A stretch of 64,000 bases of DNA, taken from a bacterium. Lineage in GTDB: Bacteria; SAR324; NAC60-12. Shown piece after piece: positions 39,434-49,881 of this stretch. How positions within the stretch are numbered: position 1 is the first letter of the stretch; every line of letters starts with the position of its first letter. Made by a program: the position numbers and the translations under genes. Under the pieces are notes generated by a model. It ran no database searches and was not told where the DNA came from. It saw only the letters and a list, made by a program, of their open reading frames with translations. The stretch is taken from assembly GCA_965209155.1 (NCBI GenBank), contig OZ242383.1:1312001-1376000 (forward strand), read 5' to 3'.

Positions 39434-41245
39434 ATGGATCATCAAAAAAGCAAATCAACCTTCAGTGCAACCCTGCTGTCCCTCATCCTGGGTCTGATCG
39501 TCCTTTGGACTGGTTCGGCAGCCGTTGCTGCTGAGAAGAAGTATGTGATGGATCCCACCACTGGAAAAGAAGTGAGTGCACCTGAGTATGGCGGGACACT
39601 CACGTGGGCCGCTGCGAGTCATGCTCCGAATACTGACCCGTGGCACGTTGGTGGCTGGGCGCCTCACTTCATCAGTGGCGTTAACGAGTCGCTAGCCTTC
39701 ACCGACTGGGCAACATCCAGGGATATATTTAACTTCGCATTCTGGGAACGACCGCACGAGACCACTAGAGGGAATCTGGCTGAAAGCTGGTCAATGCCCG
39801 ACGATACAACGTTGATCATCAACATCCGCCAGGGCGTTCACTACGCCCTTGATCCAGACAGTGAAGCCAGCCGCTTAGTAAACGGTCGGGAGTACGATGC
39901 TTATGACCTCGAATGGAACTATCACCGTATGTTGGGTCTGGGCGATTTCAGCGAAGCCGAACTTAGCGGCCAAAGGGGTGGTACCACTATGGGGATAGAG
40001 ATCGAATCGGTAACGGCCACCGACAAATGGACGGTTGTGATCAAGCTGACGCAGCCTCAACTCAATGCGGAGTATCAAATATTAAACCCCTGGGTCATTT
40101 TGGGGTTGCCTCGCGAGGTAGTCGAGAAATACGGAGACTATAGGGACTGGAGGAACGTGGTCGGCACCGGGCCCCTGATGCTGACTGAATATGTCGAAGG
40201 CGTCTCTATTACCTGGGAGAAGAATCCTGACTACTGGGGCTACGACGAAAAATTCCCGCAGAACCGCCTGCCCTATATTGACGAGTACAGGTCCCTGCTG
40301 ATGAAAGAACCAGCAGCACGCCTGGCGGCCCTGCGCACGGGCAAGATTGATATGTTGGGTAACGCCGGAGACGCTAATATAGCCAGTATCGACAATCTGC
40401 TGACCATCCAGCGGACCAACCCTGAAATCGATGTGTGGCCCGTTTATGGTATGGGAACTGCGCAGTTCGTTTTTAACTTGGCTTTGTCGCCCACTTCCGA
40501 CCTCAATGTGCGCAAGGCACTGAATATGGCAGTGGACCGCGAGACAGTTTCCGCTACCTTCAAGGGTTGGGGAGATCCGGAACCTATTGGGTTAATGCAG
40601 CCCGTGGAAGGGTGGAGCTGGCCCTATGATGAGTGGCCCGAAGAGGTCAAGCAAGAATATATCTATAACCCGGAAAGGGCCGAGGAGCTCCTTGATGCGG
40701 CTGGATACAAGCGCGGCGCAGACGGCTATCGATTCAAGATCATGTTAGGCCATTACACCAGGTGGGATACGTCCTATTCAGAACTCGTCGGGGGGTACTT
40801 GGATGTCATTGGCGTTGACAGCGAGCTTGTTGTGTTGACTTTCCCTGAGGCTAGCGCTGAGACACACGCGCCCACGTCCCGGTTTGCGGCAATAAATACT
40901 AATCATGGGTACGCCGCCGGTACGCTTGTCCCACTCAAAAGGCAAATCCAAAAGGTTGAAGGCTGGAGCTACACCAAAGTGAATGACCCCCGTCTGGTCG
41001 CCCTGTATGAACGCGGCAAAGATTCTCTCGACATAGAGGAGATAAAGAGTATTTCTCGACAGACCGATGAGATCTTTGTAAGGGAGCACTTCGGCCTGGC
41101 CAAAACCCGAACCCCGCAGTTTAGCGTGAGCCAACCATGGGTCATAGGTTTTAGCGGTGAATGGAATATGGGGAAGAATCAACGTAATACCTTGTTTGCC
41201 CGCCTGTGGATTGATAGTGAGCTGAAGGCAGAAATGGGTCATTAG
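39434..41245 (+). CDS. ABC family-5 substrate-binding protein SBP3 (alternative upstream starts 39224, 39323)
   Basis: Same SBP motifs; signal peptide KSTFSATLL shared with SBP1. Confidence 0.9.
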   Translation: MDHQKSKSTFSATLLSLILGLIVLWTGSAAVAAEKKYVMDPTTGKEVSAPEYGGTLTWAAASHAPNTDPWHVGGWAPHFISGVNESLAFTDWATSRDIFNFAFWERPHETTRGNLAESWSMPDDTTLIINIRQGVHYALDPDSEASRLVNGREYDAYDLEWNYHRMLGLGDFSEAELSGQRGGTTMGIEIESVTATDKWTVVIKLTQPQLNAEYQILNPWVILGLPREVVEKYGDYRDWRNVVGTGPLMLTEYVEGVSITWEKNPDYWGYDEKFPQNRLPYIDEYRSLLMKEPAARLAALRTGKIDMLGNAGDANIASIDNLLTIQRTNPEIDVWPVYGMGTAQFVFNLALSPTSDLNVRKALNMAVDRETVSATFKGWGDPEPIGLMQPVEGWSWPYDEWPEEVKQEYIYNPERAEELLDAAGYKRGADGYRFKIMLGHYTRWDTSYSELVGGYLDVIGVDSELVVLTFPEASAETHAPTSRFAAINTNHGYAAGTLVPLKRQIQKVEGWSYTKVNDPRLVALYERGKDSLDIEEIKSISRQTDEIFVREHFGLAKTRTPQFSVSQPWVIGFSGEWNMGKNQRNTLFARLWIDSELKAEMGH

Positions 41246-41359
41246 GGGTTTCACCCCTTGTGGCTGACGAAGCCCCGATTGAATCGGGGCTCGCAATGAC
41301 AAAAGAGGAGTGGCAATGACGAAAGAAATGACGAGGGAAATCGTAATGAGGTGTAGCGC

Positions 41360-42364
41360 ATGAGAACCTATCTCATCAGGCGGCTATTGTTGATCATCCC
41401 CACCTTGTGGATATTGACCATCATAGTCTTTCTCTCGGTCCGCTTCATCCCTGGCGATATGGTAGACTCACTGGCGGCTCAGATTATGGCGCAGGGTACG
41501 GGTGACTATATAGACCGTGAAGCTATGGAGCGTATGCTGGGATTGGACGTGCCTGTCTACGTGCAGTATGGACGCTGGATAGGAGTGGTGCCGACCCCTG
41601 ACTGGGATACCGGTGAGTCCCACTTCAGAGGTCTCCTCCAGGGCACCCTTGGCGAATCACTGTGGGGCGGTTGGCCGGCAGAGAAGAGTCTGATAAGTAG
41701 ATTGCCAGTAACCATTGAGCTTGGTGTTCTGTCAATCGTAATCGGGCTCGTCATCGCCCTGCCCGTCGGCATCTACTCGGCGGTTCGCCAGGATACTGCC
41801 GCCGACTACCTGGGGCGCACCATCGCCATCATCGGCCTGGCCACGCCCAACTTCTGGCTGGCCTTGATGGTCCTGCTCTACCCAGTATTGTGGTGGGGCT
41901 GGGCACCGCCGCTGGAATGGGTTCCTTTCACCGAGGACCCGCTGGGGAATCTCGAGATGTTCCTCATTCCCAGCTTGATTCTGGGAACGGCCATGGCCGC
42001 TGCCACCATGCGGATGTCACGCACCATGATGCTGGAGGTGCTCCGGCAGGATTATATCCGGACGGCCTGGTCCAAGGGACTCAAGGAGCGGATCGTGGTG
42101 ATCCGGCACGCCATCAAGAATGCCCTCATCCCGGTCGTTACGCTCGTAGGCCTGCAGCTCCCCCTCCTGGTAGGTGGCTCCGTTATCATGGAGGAAATAT
42201 TTAACCTGCCGGGGATAGGTCGTATGTTTCTGGATGCCCTCGATCGAAGAGACTACCCGGTGGTCCAAGGTGTCAACCTGTTTTTATCCGCGTTCGTTAT
42301 GCTTAACATTCTACTTATCGACATGATTTATCCTTATTTAGACCCCAGGGTTCGGTATAAATAG
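41360..42364 (+). CDS. DppB/OppB-like permease 2
   Basis: Paralog of 35091-36101. Confidence 0.92.
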   Translation: MRTYLIRRLLLIIPTLWILTIIVFLSVRFIPGDMVDSLAAQIMAQGTGDYIDREAMERMLGLDVPVYVQYGRWIGVVPTPDWDTGESHFRGLLQGTLGESLWGGWPAEKSLISRLPVTIELGVLSIVIGLVIALPVGIYSAVRQDTAADYLGRTIAIIGLATPNFWLALMVLLYPVLWWGWAPPLEWVPFTEDPLGNLEMFLIPSLILGTAMAAATMRMSRTMMLEVLRQDYIRTAWSKGLKERIVVIRHAIKNALIPVVTLVGLQLPLLVGGSVIMEEIFNLPGIGRMFLDALDRRDYPVVQGVNLFLSAFVMLNILLIDMIYPYLDPRVRYK

Positions 42365-42399
42365 TCGCTGGCGCGACAAAGGTATTAGGTGTTAGAAAA

Positions 42400-42473
42400 C
42401 GGTAGGGCCGGGTCACGTCCCGGCCATTGCATGCGATGCGTTTCTTAGGCCGGGACGTGACCCGGCCCTACCG
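42400..42473. repeat. GTAG-type REP doublet (perfect inverted repeat)
   Basis: GTAGGGCCGGGTCACGTCCCGGCC-22 nt-GGCCGGGACGTGACCCGGCCCTAC; identical at 49882-49951. Confidence 0.88.
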
Positions 42474-43463
42474 ATGGAAATCAAGAACATGAACAACACC
42501 CAAGAAACACCCTCCCCCACCCGTGAGCCCAAGCGACGTTCCCGGCTGGCTGATTTCTTTACCAGGCTGGTGAAGGAGAAGCCAATGGGTATTGCCTGCG
42601 GGATTATCATATTGATATTGATTTTTGTCGGTATCTTTGGCGGTGTTTTGGCCCCTTATCCCTATAAGGAAATACACATGATAGACAGGTTTCAGGGCGC
42701 ATCAGCCAAGTATCTGCTGGGTACCGACCAGTTGGGGCGAGATTTATTCAGCCGCCTTATCTTCGGGGCTCGTATTTCGTTACTTGTCGGTCTGGCAGTG
42801 ACCGTGCTCAATGTGGTCATCGCTGTCCTGATCGGCGGCACTTCCGGATTCTTTGGGGGTAAATTGGACTTGGCGGTGCAGCGCTTTGTTGATGCCTGGA
42901 TCGCCTTTCCGGGACTGCTGTTGTTGTTGACCATCATGTCCATTGTGGGAAAGGGCCTCACCCAGATCATCGTGGTGCTGGGGGTTGCCGGAGGCATCGG
43001 CGGCTCGAGAGTTATCAGAAGCGCCGTGATCGCTATCAAAGAGAATGACTATTTTCTGGCAGCCCGGGCCATTGGCACCCCCACGAGCCAAATCCTGATC
43101 CACCATGTCCTGCCCAATATTATGGCCCCCGTCATTATTGTCTTCTCCATTAACATCGGGGGGGTGATAATGTCTTTGGCTTCTCTGGGCTTCCTCGGAT
43201 ACGGTCTACCAACCAACATTCCTGACTGGGGAGGGATGCTCAGCCGGGAAGGGCGCAAGTACATGGAGCAGGCCCCCTGGCTGGCGCTCTGGCCGGGGCT
43301 CTGCCTGACGATTGTCGTCTACGCCTTCAACATGTTCGGCGACGCGGTGAGAGACCTGCTCGATCCGCGACTGCGGGGTGGTCAGGGCAGTTACGGCACT
43401 GCGGTGGTGAAACGCAAACGAGGTTTCCTCTCCAGACTGATCAACCCCTTCAAATATTATTAA
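42474..43463 (+). CDS. DppC/OppC-like permease 2
   Basis: Paralog of 36094-37032. Confidence 0.92.
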   Translation: MEIKNMNNTQETPSPTREPKRRSRLADFFTRLVKEKPMGIACGIIILILIFVGIFGGVLAPYPYKEIHMIDRFQGASAKYLLGTDQLGRDLFSRLIFGARISLLVGLAVTVLNVVIAVLIGGTSGFFGGKLDLAVQRFVDAWIAFPGLLLLLTIMSIVGKGLTQIIVVLGVAGGIGGSRVIRSAVIAIKENDYFLAARAIGTPTSQILIHHVLPNIMAPVIIVFSINIGGVIMSLASLGFLGYGLPTNIPDWGGMLSREGRKYMEQAPWLALWPGLCLTIVVYAFNMFGDAVRDLLDPRLRGGQGSYGTAVVKRKRGFLSRLINPFKYY

Positions 43464-43757
43464 AGAATTTTTGCGGGTCTTTCTTTCTCTTTTGTGTATA
43501 TTTCAAGAAATCGCTTTGGGCTGCAGGTTTTATTTCAATTTCGCGAATATTTATTTAGATGAGCGTCGCATGTTGAGGACTTTCTTTGAAATATTGTGCC
43601 ACGCACCGCAAAAAGGCTGGTAGGCGTAGGCTCGAAGACTTTGTTAGGCGGTTTGGTTTATCATTTCAGTGCTGACTTTCTCTCTCAAATCGAATTGACC
43701 TCATGCGATTGACCGTCAATCCCTTTAACTGGACAATCAATATGAATAGGAGGAATT

Positions 43758-44669
43758 ATGAAATTCGGCGCACAACTGCACAACCATGAAACAAGCTGGG
43801 AAGATTACAAAGCTGTTCTCGATACCATGGAGGCTGGCCGGTGGCACAGCGTTTGGTTTTATGACCACTTCGTGCCCCCCAGGAGCCATACCGACGAGGT
43901 TATGGAACACGACAAGATACCAACCTTTGAAGGCTGGACGTTGCTCAGCGCTGCTGCCGCGGCCACTTCCCGGTTGCGCATGGGTTTGCTTGTGGCCGGC
44001 AACACCTACCGCAATCCGGCCCTCATGGCAAAAATGGCAGCCACTCTGGATCACATTTCAAACGGACGTTTGGTGCTCGGCATTGGGGCTGCCTGGAATA
44101 TTCGTGAACACCAGGCCTACGGTTGGGAGTTCCCCTCGATGAAAGAACGCAGCGATCGCCTTGAAGAAGCCTGCAAGCTCATCAAAACGCTTTTTACAGC
44201 AGAGGGTCTCATTGACTTCGAGGGGCAATACTACAAACTGCATCAAGCCCCATTTGCCCCCAAGTGTGTGCAACAACCCCATCCTCCTATTTTGGTAGGC
44301 GGTTGGGGGGAGAAACGCACTCTTCGTACCCTCGCCCTGTATGGTGATATCATGAATATCATGGATGGCCCTGAGGAATTGACCCGCCTGAGCGGTGTGC
44401 TCGAACGGCACTGTGAGGCGGTGGGCCGGGACCCTTCTGAGATTCGCAAGACGGTGCATGTGGCGATCCGGATTGAACGGGATGAGCAGAAAGCGGCAGA
44501 GTTAAGAGGCGGTAAGGACTGGCAATTAATTGGTCCTCCTCAGTATTTGATCGATCGGGCTCAGGACTTTTTTGATGTGGGGGTCGACGAGTTCATGTTC
44601 TACTCTATTCCGAATAAACCAGAGTATTTTGCGGAACTCAACGAGGAGGTGTTCAGCACCTTTGACTGA
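43758..44669 (+). CDS. LLM-class flavin/F420-dependent oxidoreductase
   Basis: WFYDHF, EGWTLL, NTYRNPA..AKMAATLD.IS.GRL.LGIGA.W...EH, PPILVGG.GEKRTL. Confidence 0.9.
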   Translation: MKFGAQLHNHETSWEDYKAVLDTMEAGRWHSVWFYDHFVPPRSHTDEVMEHDKIPTFEGWTLLSAAAAATSRLRMGLLVAGNTYRNPALMAKMAATLDHISNGRLVLGIGAAWNIREHQAYGWEFPSMKERSDRLEEACKLIKTLFTAEGLIDFEGQYYKLHQAPFAPKCVQQPHPPILVGGWGEKRTLRTLALYGDIMNIMDGPEELTRLSGVLERHCEAVGRDPSEIRKTVHVAIRIERDEQKAAELRGGKDWQLIGPPQYLIDRAQDFFDVGVDEFMFYSIPNKPEYFAELNEEVFSTFD

Positions 44670-44672
44670 CCG

Positions 44673-44884
44673 TCATCCCTGAGCTTCGCTAACGACACGG
44701 CTCGCAGCTTCGATAGCCCCTGCACCATGAGGGATGTTCAGCGCTTTCAAACCTGCGTCGATCACCCCAAGCATGCCCAAGGTCATGTGCGCATTCACGT
44801 GCCCCATGTGCGCAACGCGGAAGAAACCATGGTAATTGAGGCTGGAATGCTCCGCCATGCCCAGTCCGAGGTCCAGGGTCACTA
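44673..44884 (-). pseudogene. C-terminal fragment of a class V (serine/alanine-glyoxylate) aminotransferase
   Basis: TL.LGLGM...HGFFRVAHMGHVNAHM.LG.LG.I.AGL.AL.IPHG.GA.EAA. Confidence 0.7.
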
Positions 44885-45110
44885 GTGAGCCCAAGCGACG
44901 AGGCCGGCTGGCTGATTTCTTGATCAGGCTTCTCAGGGAGCAGCCCTTGGGGATTATCTGCGGAATGATCGTATTGCTCTTGATTTTTGTGGCGATCTTC
45001 GCCGATGTTCTGGCGCCTTATGAATATTATAAAATGCAGCTCTTAGGCCGGTTGAAGGGCTCGTCAGCCCAGTATCCGCTGGGGACCGATCACCTGGGGC
45101 GAGACTTGTT
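44885..45110 (+). pseudogene. 5' fragment of a fourth DppC-like permease
   Basis: EPKRRGRLADFLIRL...LGTDHLGRDL; similarity stops at GTT 45108-45110. Confidence 0.85.
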
Positions 45111-45132
45111 GAACCTTTTTCCTATTCCTCCT

Positions 45133-45510
45133 CTACCCTAAAGTGCTTCTGACTTTCTGACGTACTTCTTGACACAGATCTAATGCTTCAGCAGCGATTT
45201 CTTGATCTACGGATGTACCAGGATAACGCACTTCTACTGCAAACGCACTCAGTCCCTGAACAGCCGAACGCAAGGATTCCCAATCTTGATCTCTTGTTAT
45301 CAGCAGATCTAACAAAGCCATCAGGTTATGAGTTTTACCAAAATCAATCTCTTCCTCCTGCAATTGAGCTTTTAGGTATTTCTCTGCGCACTGCTGACTA
45401 TGAAAGCATACTGCGTCATAATTGGGATCTCGTTGCACAGATAATTCCCTGATCGCTGTCCTGAAATCCCCTTCTGCCTTCTCAATCCACTCTTGAGTGA
45501 TCTGCTGCAT
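45133..45510 (-). CDS. HEPN domain protein (toxin)
   Basis: EWIEKAEGDF, VCFHSQQCAEKYLKA, KTHNL, VRYPG. Confidence 0.9.
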   Translation of the reverse strand: MQQITQEWIEKAEGDFRTAIRELSVQRDPNYDAVCFHSQQCAEKYLKAQLQEEEIDFGKTHNLMALLDLLITRDQDWESLRSAVQGLSAFAVEVRYPGTSVDQEIAAEALDLCQEVRQKVRSTLG

Positions 45511-45811
45511 AGAGTACTTGCCCTTTTTCGATAATTTCTCGTATGAATCCATCATTGAGGTTCAAACGTTCCTGAATTTTTTTTGGAGTACGGATAAGCA
45601 AATCGACAGGAAATGAAGGATTCGTTTGACGTAGAATCTCCCAAGACTTCCTGGCATTTTCCCCCTCAAAAGAAAGGACTACCAGTAGGTCTACATCCGA
45701 CTCTTCAGTAGGCTGACCGTAGCCGTAAGAACCAAATAAAATGATTTGATCAGGACGAAATTGCTGAACGATTTGATTACAAAACTTTTTGATCTGTGTA
45801 TGTTCAATCAT
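45482..45811 (-). CDS. Minimal nucleotidyltransferase (MNT antitoxin)
   Basis: ILFGSYGYG...SDVDLLVV, VDLLIR, EKG.VLY. Confidence 0.9.
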   Translation of the reverse strand: MIEHTQIKKFCNQIVQQFRPDQIILFGSYGYGQPTEESDVDLLVVLSFEGENARKSWEILRQTNPSFPVDLLIRTPKKIQERLNLNDGFIREIIEKGQVLYAADHSRVD

Positions 45812-45864
45812 TCTAACTCATTTTTTATTCTTACTGTGTTCTTCTTATCGTTTGGTTTCTGATA

Positions 45865-45916
45865 GCGCAACGTTTCGCTCAGAGGCGCGGGTTCCGTGTC
45901 CTTTGGAGCGTATTGT
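45865..45916 (-). other. attC-like recombination site, interrupted at its core
   Basis: GCGCAAC..CGCTC-AGAGG-CGCGG-GTT-CCGTG-t-CCTTT-g-GAGCG..TTGT hairpin with two extrahelical bases. Confidence 0.6.
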
Positions 45917-46010
45917 GTACGCCCGACATGGATATAATCTAATGGGATGGAAGTCCCCCTGCAGGTAAACCACGGATTTCCTTATCCATGGAGCCGATCA
46001 TCCGGCACTG
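45917..46010 (+). mobile_element. Group IIC intron 5' relic (start of domain I); right boundary approximate
   Basis: GTACGCCCGACATGG..AATCTA..GGG..GGAAGTCCCC, directly after TTGT of the attC-like hairpin. Confidence 0.65.
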
Positions 46011-46593
46011 GCCGGAAACCAGCCAGCCACCAGAGAACAAACTGTTCCACCTCTTTCAGGTTTCATAGGTTTCAAAGGTTGCACACAAAGAATTTTATAG
46101 ATTCGCTTCTATCTTACCTTAAATCTTTTATATAGTGGGAATATTTATCAATTTCTTTCAGTTGGGCATAGGTAGCGGTTTTACCACGAAGAGCAAAGGA
46201 GCCGAGGTCAGCTCGACGATCGACGATATTGGCATCGAATCGTTAACGGCCGAAGGATCAAGCGTCGATTTGGATATTATATGAATAAAAACTCCGTTAC
46301 TGCTCGAATAGTTACTGTAAAATTTTGCTTGATTTTCGAATACGGATGGTTGTATAATGCGTTTGTCATTGGCAATGAATAACCAAATTGAAAAACATGG
46401 TTGACTAAAAATCGTCAGGCGAGTATAAATCTTTAATTTCCAGAGACAATGAGCGAATAAATGAAAAATAATTGTTGACTTTTCTTATTGAAGGGTATAC
46501 ATAATCATTAAATTTTTCAGGATACGCTCATTGATTGGTCGTATTTAAAAAAACTTGAAAGGAAACTGAAATGCTTCTAAGCTCAAATAGTCA

Positions 46594-46756
46594 GTTCCCA
46601 GTTCCCAGTTCTACCCCCTTATATTATCTCGACCTCAGGCAGAGATCCTTAAGATTTCCAGTTCCAAATTCCAAGCTCCTGAATCGAAAAGGGAGAATTT
46701 GGAAAATCATAGATACCTGAGCGCATCCTTTTTTCATTCACTGTCTTATCAGGAGA
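46594..46756 (+). promoter_or_regulatory. Conserved leader module A, copy 2
   Basis: Aligns with 39012-39180. Confidence 0.55.
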
Positions 46757-46830
46757 AGCCTATGGAGAAATCACGTCAGTTGAAAATGTAATGTTTATTC
46801 CTTCAATAAAATCAGATTTGGGAGATAATT

Positions 46831-48708
46831 ATGAAATCAATCGTATTTGGAGAAATTATTATGAAAAAGAAGAAGCAAAAAATGAAAAAAATGAAATCCT
46901 TGTTGCTCACACTCAGCCTGGTGGTGGCTGCCTTTTGGGTCAGTCCGGCCGTGGCGGCTGAGAAAGAGACGGTGTTCGATCCCGCCACCGGCAGGACGTG
47001 GACTGCGCCTGAGTATGGCGGGACACTCACGTGGGCCGCCAGACACCATCCTCCGGTTATTGACCCCTGGTTTAGCGCTGGCTGGGCGCCACACTTCATC
47101 GGTGGTGTTAATGAGGGGCTGGCCTTCGCCGACTGGGCAATATCCAGGGATATATGGATCGGCGGAAACCACCGGGTTTGGAACGCCGAGTTGCACAGGG
47201 GGGCTCTGGCTGAAAGCTGGTCAATGCCCGACGACACAACGTTCATCTGGAAGATCCGCCAGGGTATTCACTGGGACGATAAGGCGCCGGTGAACGGCCG
47301 GGAGTTGGATGCCTATGACGTCGAATGGAACTATCACCGCTATTTGGGTCTGGGCGATTTCGCCGAAGCCGGACCCAGCCCGCAGGCAGGGAGTTTCATA
47401 AGTCTATCGGCTTCGCAAGTCGAGCACCTTGTCGAATCGATAACGGCCACCGACAAGTGGACGGTTGTCATTAAGCTGAAGCAGCCGATACTCGATCCGT
47501 TTTCGAAATTTCTCGGCAACGATTTTTTCGTGCTCGCTCGCGAGGTAATCGAGCAATACGGCGACGCTAAGGACTGGAGGAACGTGGTCGGCACCGGGCC
47601 CTTGAGAATGACTGGCTGGGTCGAGGGCAGCTCGGCAAGCTGGGAGAAGAATCCCAACTACTGGGGTGTTGACGAAAAATTCGGGAACCGCATACCCTAT
47701 ATCGACAAGTACGTATCCCTGCTGATGCCAGACATATCAACCCGTCTGGCGTCACTGCGCACGGGTAAGATTGATATGTTGGCTCATCTGGGCGACGCTT
47801 ATATACACTCTATCGACAATATAGAGAGCCTCAAGAAGACCAACCCTGAATTGGAATTCTGGCCCTTTTTTGGCACGGCAGCGGGCGCTTTCCTTTTTAA
47901 CCAATCTATGCCGCTCATGCAGGACGTCAATGTGCGCAAGGCATTTCAGATGGCAGTGGACCGCGAGACAATGGCCAAATCCTACTTTAAAGGGTATGCC
48001 GATCCAGCGCCTTATGGGATGGTTGGACAATTCAATGAGCCAGGGTGGTACTGGCCCTATGAAGAGTGGCCCGAAGAGGTCAAGCAAGAATATAACTATA
48101 ACCCGGAAAGGGCCGAGGAGTTGCTTGATGCGGCTGGCTACCCGCGAGGCGCCGACGGCTATAGATTCAAGATCAAGATCAACGTGTTCGACAGGTTCGA
48201 GCCGACCCATGGAGAAGTCCTCATGGGGTACTTCGACGCCATTGGCATCGAAACCACCGATCTTGATATTCTGACTCCAGCTGAGATTGGTCCTCTTGTC
48301 GGTAACCCGGACACGCACGAGTGGGCGTTATCTGCTGGGTATTATGGGTACTACGCCAGCAGCGGCTTGTTTTTTTGGCTCTGGGGTCTTTATAATCAAG
48401 CCCCGCCCGGAGTCTCGAATCATTGGGGGAGCACGGCCAATGTGAAGAACTCGCGTATGGACGCCCTGTATGTTGCCGCCCGAGATACTACCGACCTCGA
48501 GGAGTTTAAGAGTCTTTGGAGACAGGCCGATGAGATCATGGTAAGGGAGCACTGGGGCCTGGTTAAATCCCGCTCCCCCATGTTTTACGTGAGCCAGCCG
48601 TGGGTCCAGGGTTTTTTCGGTGAATCAATGATGGGAAAGGGTGAACGTAATACCCACCTGGCCCGCATCTGGATTGATAGTGAGATGAAGAAAGAAATGG
48701 GGCATTAG
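46831..48708 (+). CDS. ABC family-5 substrate-binding protein SBP4 (alternative starts 46861, 46882, 46891)
   Basis: Same SBP motifs; signal peptide SLLLTL.L.VAAFWVSPA shared with SBP2. Confidence 0.9.
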   Translation: MKSIVFGEIIMKKKKQKMKKMKSLLLTLSLVVAAFWVSPAVAAEKETVFDPATGRTWTAPEYGGTLTWAARHHPPVIDPWFSAGWAPHFIGGVNEGLAFADWAISRDIWIGGNHRVWNAELHRGALAESWSMPDDTTFIWKIRQGIHWDDKAPVNGRELDAYDVEWNYHRYLGLGDFAEAGPSPQAGSFISLSASQVEHLVESITATDKWTVVIKLKQPILDPFSKFLGNDFFVLAREVIEQYGDAKDWRNVVGTGPLRMTGWVEGSSASWEKNPNYWGVDEKFGNRIPYIDKYVSLLMPDISTRLASLRTGKIDMLAHLGDAYIHSIDNIESLKKTNPELEFWPFFGTAAGAFLFNQSMPLMQDVNVRKAFQMAVDRETMAKSYFKGYADPAPYGMVGQFNEPGWYWPYEEWPEEVKQEYNYNPERAEELLDAAGYPRGADGYRFKIKINVFDRFEPTHGEVLMGYFDAIGIETTDLDILTPAEIGPLVGNPDTHEWALSAGYYGYYASSGLFFWLWGLYNQAPPGVSNHWGSTANVKNSRMDALYVAARDTTDLEEFKSLWRQADEIMVREHWGLVKSRSPMFYVSQPWVQGFFGESMMGKGERNTHLARIWIDSEMKKEMGH

Positions 48709-48865
48709 GGGTTTCAGCCGTTGTGGCTGACCTTAGGAATAGGGTGCTGGGGGGCTCGAGCTTCCCAGCTCCCTTTCTCATTGAACCATTCCCCGTTAAA
48801 ATCAGGGCTCGTAATGACAAAAGAGGGGTGGCAATGACACGGGAAATCGCAAGGAGGAGTATCCC

Positions 48866-49858
48866 ATGAGAGCGTATTTTATCAGACGGTTATTGCTGAT
48901 AATCCCCACCCTGTTTATCTTGACCATCATCGTCTTTCTCGCGGTGCGCTTCATCCCCGGCGATGCAATAGACGTCATGCTGTATAGCATGGAAAGCTCT
49001 GAACTGGCTCAACGTGAGATTGTTGAGCGTATGCTGGGACTGGACGTGCCAGTCTACGTGCAGTATGGACGCTGGATAGGAGCGTTGCCGACTCCAGGCT
49101 GGCCTACCGGTGAGCCCCGGTTCAGAGGTCTCCTCCAGGGCACCTTTGGCGACTCGATGCGGGGTTGGAAGATAGAGGAAAGGATAATACATAGATTGCC
49201 AGTCACCATTGAGCTTGGTGCCATGGCAATCGTAATCGGGTTCGTCATCGCCCTGCCCGTCGGCATCTACTCGGCGATTCGCCAGAATACGACCACCGAC
49301 TTTGCAGGGCGCACCGTCGCCGTCATCGGCTTGGCCACGCCGAACTTCTGGCTGGCAATCATGGTCATGCTCTACCCGGCAATCTGGTGGGGCTGGACGC
49401 CATCGGTGCAGCTGATTCTCTTCAAGGAAGACCCGCTGGGGAATCTTGGCATGTTCCTCATTCCGGCCGTGATACTGGGGACGGCCATGTCTGCCGAAAC
49501 CATGCGGATGACGCGCACCATGATGCTGGAGGTCTTAAGGCAGGACTACATCAGGACGGCCTGGTCGAAGGGGCTCAAGGAGAGGGTCGTCGTTCTGAGA
49601 CACACCGTCAAGAATGCGCTCATCCCGGTAGTGACGCTCATCGGTCTCCAGTTCCCCCTCCTGATCGGGGGCTCCGTTATCCTGGAGCAGATATTCGTTT
49701 TGCCAGGGATAGGTCGTATGTTCGTGGAAGCCCTGGATCATAGAGACTATCCGGTAGTCTCCGCAATAAACCTGGTTTTTGCTACTGCGGTTTTGGTGAT
49801 CAATCTCATCATCGACCTGTTATATGCTTTCCTGGACCCCAGGGTTCGGTATGAATAG
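48866..49858 (+). CDS. DppB/OppB-like permease 3
   Basis: Paralog of 35091-36101. Confidence 0.92.
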   Translation: MRAYFIRRLLLIIPTLFILTIIVFLAVRFIPGDAIDVMLYSMESSELAQREIVERMLGLDVPVYVQYGRWIGALPTPGWPTGEPRFRGLLQGTFGDSMRGWKIEERIIHRLPVTIELGAMAIVIGFVIALPVGIYSAIRQNTTTDFAGRTVAVIGLATPNFWLAIMVMLYPAIWWGWTPSVQLILFKEDPLGNLGMFLIPAVILGTAMSAETMRMTRTMMLEVLRQDYIRTAWSKGLKERVVVLRHTVKNALIPVVTLIGLQFPLLIGGSVILEQIFVLPGIGRMFVEALDHRDYPVVSAINLVFATAVLVINLIIDLLYAFLDPRVRYE

Positions 49859-49881
49859 TCGCTGGCGCGACAAAGGTATTA

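Noticed and set aside
43620..43650. attC-like half sites (GTTAGGC here; GAGCTCAACGTT near 37160 after vapC)
   Set aside because: The complementary halves are missing, so they are not called as attC.
46161..46255. Possible second intron DVI relic and a tiny SBP gene fragment
   Set aside because: Only 11-20-nt matches; cannot be distinguished from decayed debris or chance.
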